Assembly: GCA_050012475.1 (NCBI GenBank)
Contig: JBEKHC010000004.1
Location: 1 to 64,000, forward strand
Length of the DNA stretch: 64,000 nt
Reading direction: 5' to 3'
DNA from: Candidatus Velthaea sp.
GTDB taxonomy: Bacteria; Vulcanimicrobiota; Vulcanimicrobiia; Vulcanimicrobiales; Vulcanimicrobiaceae
Shown here: positions 37,251 through 46,216 of the stretch, piece by piece
Numbering within the stretch: position 1 is the first letter of the stretch
How the letters are laid out: each line of letters begins with the position of its first letter
The notes under the pieces: model-generated
What the model was told of the DNA's origin: nothing
Databases searched by the model: none
Seen by the model: the letters and a program-made list of their open reading frames with translations, nothing else
Made by a program: the position numbers and the translations under genes

Positions 37251-37534
37251 TATCGAGCCAGTTCCTCGAGCTGCGATAAGGCGACGTCCCAAAAACTATC
37301 GATGTATTCGCGCACCGCTCGAAACCCCTGAACCCGAACGGCGTAAACATTTTGTGTTCCGCGATCTTCTGGGCTCACTAATCCGGCGTTTTGGAGCACG
37401 CGCAGATGTCGTGAAATCGCTGGTCGACTGACGGCAAAGCGCCGCGCCAGCGCCCCGACCGGCATGGGTGCGCGACGCAATTCGTTCAAAATCTCGCGGC
37501 GGGTCGGATTGCCCAGCGCATCTAATGCGTTCAT
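37250..37534 (-). CDS. ArsR/SmtB family transcriptional regulator
   Basis: ALGNPTRREIL, SRPAISRHLRVL..AGLV. Confidence 0.92.
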   Translation of the reverse strand: MNALDALGNPTRREILNELRRAPMPVGALARRFAVSRPAISRHLRVLQNAGLVSPEDRGTQNVYAVRVQGFRAVREYIDSFWDVALSQLEELAR

Positions 37535-37556
37535 GGTAACATGAATGTTACCATGA
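37531..37556. promoter_or_regulatory. Putative ArsR operator
   Basis: Perfect IR TCATGGTAACA-tgaa-TGTTACCATGA over the arsR start; related GTAAC-N6-GTTAC at 36784-36799. Confidence 0.7.
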
Positions 37557-37731
37557 TTCGGCTTTTCTCGCCAGCTTGCAAATTGCAGCGGTGAGGACAA
37601 AGCAAGATCGCATTTGCGGAGGATACCGCGATCGCAATTTGGGGAGCATACCGCGATCGCATCGAGTCGAAAGATCGGTCGGCCGCGGCTGCGGCGGAGC
37701 GATCGTCCGTCGCGGTCGTCGCCGCCTTCTG

Positions 37732-37812
37732 GGGGTTGACCCGACACTCGTACCACCAGGGGCCATCTGAAGGCCGACTGAGTCGTCAGAGCGCGAGACG
37801 AGCGTTCATATC
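37732..37812 (+). repeat. 81-bp direct repeat, copy 1
   Basis: 79/81 identical to 45631-45711. Confidence 0.92.
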
Positions 37813-38324
37813 GGGGTGACCTCAAGAAACGGAAATTTTTGTACGCTAAGCAGATCGCGCACAGGGAAGCGACCGGCGGAGGGGTCAGAATTGGCCTTGG
37901 GCGACCCGCTTGTCGCCTGCTTCTGCGCCTCTCGGCAACGAGATCCCGAACGGTAAAATCCATCGCGAGATCCTTGTCCGACGATCGGCTCGCGCGCTGC
38001 ACGAACCCCTCGAAGCCTTCGGGGAAGACCCGCGGCTCATCACGGCGTGATACTTGGGGTGCCATCAAGAAACGGAAATTTACAACCGCTTCGTCATTGT
38101 CTGGTGGCGGATTGGCCTGAAGCCGCGCTCGCGCGAACTCTGTTCCAAGGGTCGCTCTCCGGGACTGCGTGAAAACGTGTTCAAGCGAGCCAGATGAGCG
38201 AGCCAGATGACGGGCTCCCGAGGGCGACACGAAGCCGGCGTCGCATTTCCGAGCCCTCCCCCGTCCGCCTCCCTCAGCGCCACGGGCTTGGCGTACAAAA
38301 ATTTCCGTTTCTTGAGGTCACCCC
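37813..38324. mobile_element. Non-autonomous Tn3-derived miniature element (MITE/TIME-like), 512 bp
   Basis: 38-bp IRs at 37813-37850 and 38287-38324 (1 mismatch), extra degenerate IR at 38056, no credible ORF, no target duplication. Confidence 0.75.
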
Positions 38325-38457
38325 ATTCCGCCCAGGACCAAAACCCAGCAGCGGACCCCGGTCTATGGTCTTTACCGTGCGGCTGACGTATGCGTATCTC
38401 GGGAGTCCGAGCGGCGCCGACCGAGGACTCGAACTCCAGCCGAGGCGTCGGCTGTAC

Positions 38458-38505
38458 TTGACACTATAACGTAACGGCGTTATGTTATATCGTAACATCG
38501 TTATG
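38458..38505 (+). promoter_or_regulatory. Sigma70 promoter with two TetR-type operators
   Basis: TTGACA-17-TATGTT; CGTAAC-N2-CGTTATG at 38470 and 38491. Confidence 0.7.
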
Positions 38506-38514
38506 GAGAATATC

Positions 38515-38877
38515 ATGGCAATCAGTCAGTGGATGACCCTCGTGCTCGCGGCAGCGATCGCTTTCTTCGGGCTCCGCGCGGCCTTCGATCCGCGCGGGGC
38601 GGCGCTCGCCTTCGGGGTCCCGATCCCGGAGGGGACCGTTCCGACCCCATTCCTCGAGGTGAAAGCGAACCGAGACGTCGTTCTTGGCATCCTGTTAGTT
38701 GTGTTAGCAACAGCGGGCCGCTCCGGTCTCGCTTACGCACTTTTCGCCGGCGCAATCGCTCCCGCTGCCGACGCATGGAATGTCTCGCGCCACGGAAAAC
38801 TATCCGCTACTACCGTTCACCTCGCGACGGTGGCGTACATGATCGTAGCGGGGGCCTTCGCCGTCTTAGGGCATTGA
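38515..38877 (+). CDS. DUF4267-like membrane protein
   Basis: GGAGA RBS; four TM segments, AFGVP, KANRD, H..T. Confidence 0.8.
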   Translation: MAISQWMTLVLAAAIAFFGLRAAFDPRGAALAFGVPIPEGTVPTPFLEVKANRDVVLGILLVVLATAGRSGLAYALFAGAIAPAADAWNVSRHGKLSATTVHLATVAYMIVAGAFAVLGH

Positions 38878-38878
38878 G

Positions 38879-39256
38879 ATGTTCGAGGTCGTTCTTTTGT
38901 GCCACGTCCTCGCCGCCATTGGGGTCGGTCCGATTTTCGCGCTGCCGTTTCTTGCCGATACTCCTACCGCATTGCATGCCGTCCTCGTTATGCTTCGCTT
39001 CACTGCAGGCGCGACGCTCGTGTCCGGGATACTGCTCTGGATCGTGCTCAAACCGGTTCACCCCCTCTGGCTTTACGCGTCGTCAGCCTTGTTTCTAGTC
39101 GTGATCGCGGCGGTCGGCTTTGCCCTCGCACCGGTCGCCAACCGAATTTCCGAGGAACCGAAGATGCGTAGCCGCGTCCGTTGGGTCGGCGTCGCTGCAT
39201 CGGCGCTCACTCTGTGCATCGCCGCTCTCATGGAGCTGCGGCCGATTTGGGCGTGA
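38879..39256 (+). CDS. Small 4-TM membrane protein (DUF2269-like)
   Basis: HVLAA..VGP N-terminus, hydrophobic helices; operonic. Confidence 0.7.
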   Translation: MFEVVLLCHVLAAIGVGPIFALPFLADTPTALHAVLVMLRFTAGATLVSGILLWIVLKPVHPLWLYASSALFLVVIAAVGFALAPVANRISEEPKMRSRVRWVGVAASALTLCIAALMELRPIWA

Positions 39257-39849
39257 GAAAAGCCGCGGCGTCAAAGCAAAAACTTCGTGGAACGTCGCGC
39301 GACGACATCCTTGATGTAAGCCGGGCGATCATCGAGGACGAAGGCGTCGAACAACTCACGATCCGTCGCATCGCCGAGACGGTTAATCGTACGCAGCCCG
39401 CGGTGTACCAGCACTTCGCAAGTAAAGATGCGATACTGGAAGCTGTCGTTACCGATGGCTTTACCGCGCTCGTTGAGCGCCTAAAGCGAGCTTCTGGCGC
39501 AGGCAAGACGTCGTCGCTAACCGCGATCGCCAATGCATACCTTCGATTTGGATTTGAACGGCCTCGACTTTACGATCTCATGTTCGTGGGGCCACCCGCA
39601 ATCACGTTCGGCCCAGGCGCCGATACTCCGATCCAGGCGCGCACGGCTTTCGACATCCTTGCGGCTGCTATTACCGATTCCGGCGTAACGCCAGATCAAA
39701 CCGCGACGGTCACAGAAGTCGTTTGGGCGTGCCTGCACGGCCTGGTCACGCTCTCGATCACGAGGCGTCTTCGGCCGGGTCGAGCTTTGCAACAAACGCG
39801 ACTCGATCAACTTCTTGCTGCGATCGTTGCGATGACGGCATCCACGTAA
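39253..39849 (+). CDS. TetR/AcrR family regulator (WHG-type C-terminus)
   Basis: LTIRRIAE....PAVYQHFASKD, W..LHG. Confidence 0.92.
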   Translation: MRKAAASKQKLRGTSRDDILDVSRAIIEDEGVEQLTIRRIAETVNRTQPAVYQHFASKDAILEAVVTDGFTALVERLKRASGAGKTSSLTAIANAYLRFGFERPRLYDLMFVGPPAITFGPGADTPIQARTAFDILAAAITDSGVTPDQTATVTEVVWACLHGLVTLSITRRLRPGRALQQTRLDQLLAAIVAMTAST

Positions 39850-40204
39850 GCAATATCGCGTGCAGACCTGGCTTCGTTCCTGGTCGCGCAGCTTTCTCAA
39901 GGACGACTATCTCAATCGATCCGTCGCCATTGCGATGGGCTAAGGTCTCGTTTGAACGAATCGTAGCGCAATGCATTCACGCCGCTTGCGGTATGCGTGA
40001 TTACCCGCAGACGGGCTTGTTCTGGCGAGGTATCGTTTATTCCCAAGGAGAGGTATGCGAGCAAACCTCGGAGCCCAAGCCGGCAGACGACTTGCGATTG
40101 CCTCCGGCAAGTTGGTGGCGCGGACGATGTCGCGCACGCCCCATTCACCGCGGACGGCATGCTGCTCTGGTCGCGGTGAAGAGCATCCGAACGCCTCAGC
40201 AATC

Positions 40205-40520
40205 TCAGCTGAATTTTTGGACCAGAAGATTCAATCGATGCTCGGCTCCTGCAGCCGGTATACGTTCAGATTGCACAAGGACGGCCAGTCCATGCAACGC
40301 GCTCCACAGCACCTCTGCCACAACTACCGGCTCTGGCCGATCTGGCCCAAGCGCGGAGACCAACGCCTCGAACGCGCCGCGAAGGGCTGTCGGCGTTTCC
40401 TCGCTGGCGAACTTGATCTTCGTCGGCAGAACGAACATCGCTTCGTATACGACCGGCTGCGTGCGAGCAAAATCGAGATAGACGGCACAAACGTTGCGCA
40501 AAACGTCCGGACCGCCAGCG
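40205..40520 (-). pseudogene. TetR WHG C-terminal fragment
   Basis: YLDFA..P.VYEAMF, WSALHG; HTH absent, abuts the truncated tnpA. Confidence 0.75.
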
Positions 40521-40526
40521 GGGTTG

Positions 40527-42820
40527 CATCATAGCAAAGACGTGGTCGGTGAAGCCGGAGGTGTCGGTGTAATGCTCTTCGATCCGCAGGTCGGATTCGT
40601 GATAGAGCAGGCCGTCCAGCACGTAGGTGGCGTCCCGCACGCCGACGTTGATGACCTTGGTGTGAAAGGGCGCGTACTGGTCGGAAATGTGGGTGTAAAA
40701 CTGGACGCCGGGTCCGCTGCCGTATTTGGGATTGACGTTGCCCATGGCGTGGGCGCGTGCAGCTGATCGGAAGCGCTGACCGTCCGAGGATGAGGTGCTG
40801 CCGTCGCCCCAATGGGCAGCGAAAGGGTGAACGAACTGCGCGTTGACCAGATCGGCCAAGGCCGCCGAGTAGGTCTCCTCGCGGATGTGCCAGGCTTGCA
40901 GCCACGACAGCTTGGCGTAGGTGATTCCGGGGCACGAATCAGCCATTTTGGTGAGACCCAGATTGATTGCGTCGGCGAGGATCACGGCCAACAGTAAGGC
41001 GCGATCCGCGGCGCTCTCGCCGGTTTTGACGTGAGCGAAATGGCGCGTGAAGCCGGTCCACGCATCGACTTCCATGAGCAGTTCGGTGATTTTGACGCGC
41101 GGTAAGAGCGCGTAAGCTTGACGCGCGAGTTCGTCCGCGTCGGCCGGGACACTGTTGGCCAGCGGCGTGACCTTGAGACCCGATTCCGTGATGACCGCAT
41201 CGGGAAGCTCATCTGCCGCGGCGAGCGCGTTGACGACGTCGAGTCGCTGTTCCAACAGGCGAGCCGATCGTGAAGGTAACGGTCGCCATCGATCTCGATG
41301 GGCAACGCCAACGATCGGCTTTCCTTGAGCACCGAGAACTGCTTGGCCGGGAGCAGGTACTCGTTGAAATCCTTGAACTGGCGGGAGCCGCGCACCCAGA
41401 TATCACCGGAGCGTAAGGCGTTCTTGAGTTCGGAGAGCGCGCACAGTTCGTAGAATCGTCGGTCGACGCCGCCATCGGTCAACACCAGGCTTTCCCAACG
41501 CTTGCGCACGAAATCGGTCGGCGCGTCTTTGGGTACGACGCGCTGACCGCCGGCATTCATTGCGCGCAGTACGTTGACCGCATCGAGAACGTCTTGTGCC
41601 GCCGGTGCCGCTCGCAAATCGAGCACGTCGAGCAGTCTGGGGTATAGCGGCGCATCGGCAAGTAGCCATCGCCGATGTAGCGCAGAATAGTCGAACTCTT
41701 CGGACTGCCCGAGTTTTTCGGCTTCGGTCACGCTCGCGATGAACGCCTCCCAGGGCAGCACGCTCTCGATCGCGGCAAACGGATCGGCACCGCTCTGCTT
41801 AGCCTGCATGAGCGCGTTGCCGATGCGCCAATCGAGCCGAACCTTCTCGTTGATCGCCTTGCCTGACTGAGTGAATTCGCTCTCGTGCTTGTGCCTGGCG
41901 CGATTGAATACTGCGATGAGTGCCCGGTCGTGCAGGTCAATGAGCTCATCGATGACCGTCGCGGTGCTTTCGATGACCATCGCCGCGAGTGTGGCGTGCC
42001 GCCGTTCGGGCTCGAATTTGGCCAGGTTGCGCGAGGTCATCTGCGCCCCTTCACGAGCGATCTTGAGCAGACGATTGCGATGAACGGCACTCTCAAGCTC
42101 GTCGGGAAGCCCAACGGCACGCAAGGCTTTTAGGCGTTCGATATGCGTCAGAATGTGCCGCGCCGTCGACGCGGCCGGCGATTGCCGTAGCCACGCCATC
42201 GTCGTGATCGTCTTGTCCACCCGAGGCTTGAGCAGGGCGTCCAGTGAGAGCCGCTGTGCGGGCGAGAGCTTCTCGGAGAGCGTCGCGTAAATCCGCCGGT
42301 TGGCTCGGGTGATCGCCTCAGAGCAGACACGCTCGATCACGCCCAGGGCAGGCAGCAAGACCGCCTTATTGCGCAACGATTCGACCATCGTGGTCGCTAA
42401 GACGATGCCCTTATCGGTTTGCAGCGCGACGTCCGCAAGTTGCGCGACGGCCGATCGATAATGGCCGCCAGTGAACGGCTTGAAGCCGAACACGTCTTGA
42501 AGTTCAAGCAGATGTTCACGCCGCGTTTGCTCGCGCTGGCCGTACCGTTTCCAGGCGTCCGCATTGACGTTGACCTGCTGCGCGACGTAGCGTAGCAACG
42601 GCGCATAGGCCTCGTCGCCGACGCCCAGGATGATCCCCGGATAGCGCATGTAACTGAGCAAGATCGCAAACCCCAGCCGGTTCGATGCCCCGCGACGCTG
42701 CCGGATGAGCGACAGGTCGGACTCGTTCAAGGAGTAATGCCGGATCAAATCATCCTGGCTCGTCGGCAACGACAATAGGCTTTCGCGCTCGGCGACGGAG
42801 AGAATCGAACGGCGCGGCAC
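40527..42820 (-). pseudogene. tnpA: Tn3-family (Tn21/Tn501-like) transposase, frameshifted and 3'-truncated
   Basis: [47 protein letters not shown] then stops; shifts near 41680, 41640 and 41258. Confidence 0.93.
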
Positions 42821-42823
42821 GCG

Positions 42824-43384
42824 TTAGCTTTCGGTGCGCAGATACTGGTACAGGGTTTCGCGGCTGATGCCGTATTCGCGCGCGACGAAAGCCTTGGTTT
42901 CACCGCGTTGAATGCGGCGGCGCACATCGACGATCTCCGAATCGGACAACGAACGTTTACGACCGCGATAGGCGCCGCGTTGTTTGGCGATCGCGATCCC
43001 CTCGCGTTGCCGCTCGCGAATGAGCGCGCGCTCGAACTCGGCGAACGCCCCCATCACTGACAGCATCAGGTTGGCCATCGGGGAATCCTCGCCGGTGAAC
43101 GCGAGATGCTCCTTGACGAACTCGATGCGGATCCCGCGGCGTGTCAGCGTCTGCACGGTCTGACGCAGGTCATCGAGGTTGCGCGCGGGCCGGTCCATGC
43201 TGTGCACGACCACCGTGTCGCCGGCGCGCACGAACGTCAGGAGCGCTTCCAACTGCGGGCGCTTCGCGTCTTTGCCCGACGCTTTGTCGCTGAACGTTCG
43301 GTCCAGATCGACGTCTTCCAATTGCCGCTCGGGGTTTTGGTCGAAGCTGCTGACCCGAACGTAGCCGACCCGCTGACCGATCAT
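42824..43384 (-). CDS. tnpR: Tn21-like resolvase
   Basis: GYVRVSSFDQNPERQL, FAEFERALIRERQREGI, SRETLYQYL; 186 aa; DRL motif reads DRP. Confidence 0.95.
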   Translation of the reverse strand: MIGQRVGYVRVSSFDQNPERQLEDVDLDRTFSDKASGKDAKRPQLEALLTFVRAGDTVVVHSMDRPARNLDDLRQTVQTLTRRGIRIEFVKEHLAFTGEDSPMANLMLSVMGAFAEFERALIRERQREGIAIAKQRGAYRGRKRSLSDSEIVDVRRRIQRGETKAFVAREYGISRETLYQYLRTES

Positions 43385-43402
43385 GCGCTTCCCTGCCAAG
43401 AG

Positions 43403-43521
43403 TGTCAGGAAAGAATCTATGACCTTGACGCCGATGTGTCAATCAAATCAGAAAATGACCCTATTCTGACGCTTTCTCGGGTCGCACCTTACATCAGGAT
43501 AGGGTATACCCCAATCTGACG
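43403..43521 (-). other. Tn21-type res site (subsites I-III)
   Basis: Minus strand CGTCAGATTGGGGTATACCCTATCCTGATG / CGTCAGAATAG..ATTGACA / AAGGTCATAGATTCTTTCCTGACA. Confidence 0.88.
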
Positions 43522-43526
43522 CCCGG

Positions 43527-43563
43527 CTTAGCTGCTATATAGTCCGAAATTCTCTCGTGACCC
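43527..43563 (-). repeat. Degenerate internal Tn3-family IR
   Basis: cttagctgctatatagtccgaaattctctcgtgaccc, near copy of 44186-44223. Confidence 0.8.
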
Positions 43564-43633
43564 ACAATACGGCATGCTGAACTCGACGTTTCCCGTCGGC
43601 TAGATCATGCCGGCACAATGAGAGAGGCCCCCG

Positions 43634-44146
43634 ATGCTTCACGGCTGGTACAACTTCTTTGAGCTGACCGGAGCGGCTGGTGCGCAGCTGATCGGGCTGC
43701 TATTCGTCGTCGTAACGCTAGGAGGCACTGGCTTGTCGGCATCACAATCGATGGAAGGCATTCGCGCTTATATAACGCCGACGTTCGTGACTTTCGCCGG
43801 AGTGCTGTTCGAGGCGGCAGCCGCGCTGGCGCTGTGGCCGTCCGATTGGCTAGTCGGCGTGTTTTTCGTTCTTGGTGGTCTGGCGGGCCTCGTCTACAGC
43901 GTCAACGTAATCCGCGCGAAGCGTAGTCTCAACTTCGTTACGCTGGTGGGTCTCGACTGGATTACCTACGGCTGGCTTCCGGCGCTCGCCAACGCGGGTT
44001 TACTTGCCGGCGGAGCCGGATTGATTGCCGGAACATCTTTCGCCCCTTATGCTGTCGCGGCTGCGAGCGTGCTATTGCTGTACCGCGGTATCTATGGCGT
44101 TTGGGACATCACGCTGTGGATGATCAAGAACCGGAAAACCACGTAG
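43634..44146 (+). CDS. Hypothetical multi-TM membrane protein
   Basis: W.NFF..TGAAGAQLIGLLFVVVT; about five TM helices. Confidence 0.8.
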   Translation: MLHGWYNFFELTGAAGAQLIGLLFVVVTLGGTGLSASQSMEGIRAYITPTFVTFAGVLFEAAAALALWPSDWLVGVFFVLGGLAGLVYSVNVIRAKRSLNFVTLVGLDWITYGWLPALANAGLLAGGAGLIAGTSFAPYAVAAASVLLLYRGIYGVWDITLWMIKNRKTT

Positions 44147-44185
44147 AGGGAACTCAGCCGGCCAGTGGCCGCTTCGACGTCTACG

Positions 44186-44223
44186 CTTAGCGTGCTATAT
44201 AATCCGAATTCTCTCGTGACCCC
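44186..44223 (-). repeat. Tn3-family 38-bp terminal IR
   Basis: Reverse complement GGGGTCACGAGAGAATTCGGATTATATAGCACGCTAAG. Confidence 0.9.
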
Positions 44224-44227
44224 AGAA

Positions 44228-44662
44228 ATGACGACCTCTACGATCGACCTCAGCAAGCTCGGCTACTTATTCGCCGAGATCATGTCCAGCCACGATGTGT
44301 CGCGCCTCGACGAGATCAAGGCACCCAACTATGTGAACCACAACGCCTTCGCCGAACCGGGCCTTGAGGGATCAAAGAATGTCCTAGGCGCCATCATCGC
44401 GGGCGTGCCCGACCTCAAGGTAACCGCAGAAGACGTTATCGTTTCCGCAGATGGCTCCCGCGTGGTGGGCCGCTACCGTTACGAGGGCACGCACACGGGA
44501 AACATGCTCGGCTATTCCGGTACGGGCAAGCCCTTTGTCATGCGTTCGATCGACATCTGGCGGGTCGAGGACGGACGCTTCGTCGAGCATTGGGACGAGC
44601 TCAACACCCTCGAGGTCTTCATGCAAATCGGCGCGGTGCCACCTCCTCGCCAACCCTCATAA
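44228..44662 (+). CDS. Ester cyclase / SnoaL-like protein
   Basis: PDLKVT.ED, GTHTG, IDIWRVEDGRFVEHWD. Confidence 0.9.
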   Translation: MTTSTIDLSKLGYLFAEIMSSHDVSRLDEIKAPNYVNHNAFAEPGLEGSKNVLGAIIAGVPDLKVTAEDVIVSADGSRVVGRYRYEGTHTGNMLGYSGTGKPFVMRSIDIWRVEDGRFVEHWDELNTLEVFMQIGAVPPPRQPS

Positions 44663-44809
44663 GCTCGCGACCCCACTGGCCACCGATCCGGCTTAGCTCT
44701 GTGATCGAAGCGGTGGGGAGCCCCGCATTCCTACTGGCCGCGATGGCCGGCGTTGCTCGACATCGCGACTAGAACACTTGACTCAATGTCACTCCGAGGA
44801 GAAAGCCCT

Positions 44810-45133
44810 ATGCGAACCTATGAGATGCGAGTATACTCGCTGCGCACGAAAGCGGTGCTCGAATTCTACGCTTCTACCGTCTATCCGCGACATTTCAACA
44901 ATTTTGGACGATTCGGTGTCGAGCCCCACGGCTTATGGACCCAGAAAGACGATGCAGCGCACCGGATCTTCGTCTTAGTTTCTTATGCGGAGGGTGCCGA
45001 TCCCATCGAGGTCGCGGAGCGCTACATAACAGGCCCAGAAGCTGCCGACGATGCAAGAGGCTTTGATGTCGCCGACATCCTAGACGTCAAATCAACGATA
45101 CTGGTCCCATCAACCAATTCTCCGCTTAAATAG
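44810..45133 (+). CDS. NIPSNAP family protein
   Basis: GAGGAG RBS, YEMRVYSL, ST.LVP...SPLK. Confidence 0.8.
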   Translation: MRTYEMRVYSLRTKAVLEFYASTVYPRHFNNFGRFGVEPHGLWTQKDDAAHRIFVLVSYAEGADPIEVAERYITGPEAADDARGFDVADILDVKSTILVPSTNSPLK

Positions 45134-45429
45134 CGACCTGGGCTTCGACCTAGAACGAAGGATGAATTGTCTCGCGACATTGGGGATCCAGCGTATCGTT
45201 AGGCGACAAGTCAGTGCAATTGCGTGGCGACCCAAGCCGCGGGAAAGGGACGGACGCCGCGTACGAAACGACGCGAATTAGCTTCGCGCATCTTAGATGT
45301 CATGCCGCGGGTGCAACCGTCCTCGGAAGCCGGCATTTCAAGCGGACGGTGCAGTGTACGGAAGCCGTCACGGCGGCTATGATGTTCGCTTCTTCCGTGA
45401 CAGTGCGATCTGGTGTCCACCGGCCCCCC

Positions 45430-45630
45430 GAAGGGGGCATTCTGGTCATCTCGATTGCGATTTTTATCGTGCTAGGTTCGGTGCTCGAGGGAATCCCGGC
45501 TATCGTCCTTTGCGGCCCGCTCCCGTTCCCCATCGCGATGACTGCCGGCATCTCGGGAGTACACTTTGCGATTGTCGCGGTGCTTGCTACGGGATCGGCC
45601 TTTTCGCCCCGCCGTTTGGTGCCGGATATC
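45430..45630 (+). pseudogene. TRAP transporter large permease fragment
   Basis: LGSVLEGIPAIVL.GP..FPIA, then GIGLFAPPFGAGY in a shifted frame; breaks at the 81-bp repeat. Confidence 0.65.
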
Positions 45631-45711
45631 GGGGTTGACCCAACACTCGTACCACCAGGGGCCATCTGAAGGCCGCCTGAGTCGTCAGAGCGCGAGACGA
45701 GCGTTCATATC
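45631..45711 (+). repeat. 81-bp direct repeat, copy 2
   Basis: 79/81 identical to 37732-37812. Confidence 0.92.
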
Positions 45712-45817
45712 GAGTTCGCAGCGGCCGTAATGGTTGACGTGGGCAGTCAAGAACATTGAACTCGCTCGCGATGCGAAGTCGTCGTCCAACGGGTGCATTC
45801 GGTGGTCCGCATCCACT

Positions 45818-45893
45818 TGAACCGCAAGTCGAACGACTCGGACGTTTCGCCGACGTGAACCGCAAGCCGAACGACTCCGACGTTTCGCCGACG
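45818..45893 (+). repeat. 38-bp tandem duplication
   Basis: TGAACCGCAAGYCGAACGACTCSGACGTTTCGCCGACG x2. Confidence 0.9.
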
Positions 45894-46216
45894 ATACGTG
45901 TTAATGACGCCCCGTTGCTTGGTTCGAAACATCGCGTGACTTGCAGTGAGATCGCTTGGAAAACAAGCCGGCTCGCATTTCGACGATACTTGAGGAGTTC
46001 GCTGCCTGAAAGACTTTGCCCGACTAGACAATAGCCGTGACGCCTGATAAGCTTCTGTTAGTTTTTTCGCAGCGTTACGACGCCGCTCACGCTGCAGAGC
46101 AATGAGTCGTCAGTGCCTCGCGATGTCGCCAGTCGTTCGCGTACATTCGTTTGCTCGCTTTAACGCTGAAAAGCTTTTGCGAAAAATCGACCTTGCGCTT
46201 GTGTTCGGGGGCAGTC

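Noticed and set aside
37813..44223. One complete Tn21-like transposon from IR 37813 to IR 44223
   Set aside because: The IRs differ at many positions and the flanks (atatc versus agaaa) show no duplication
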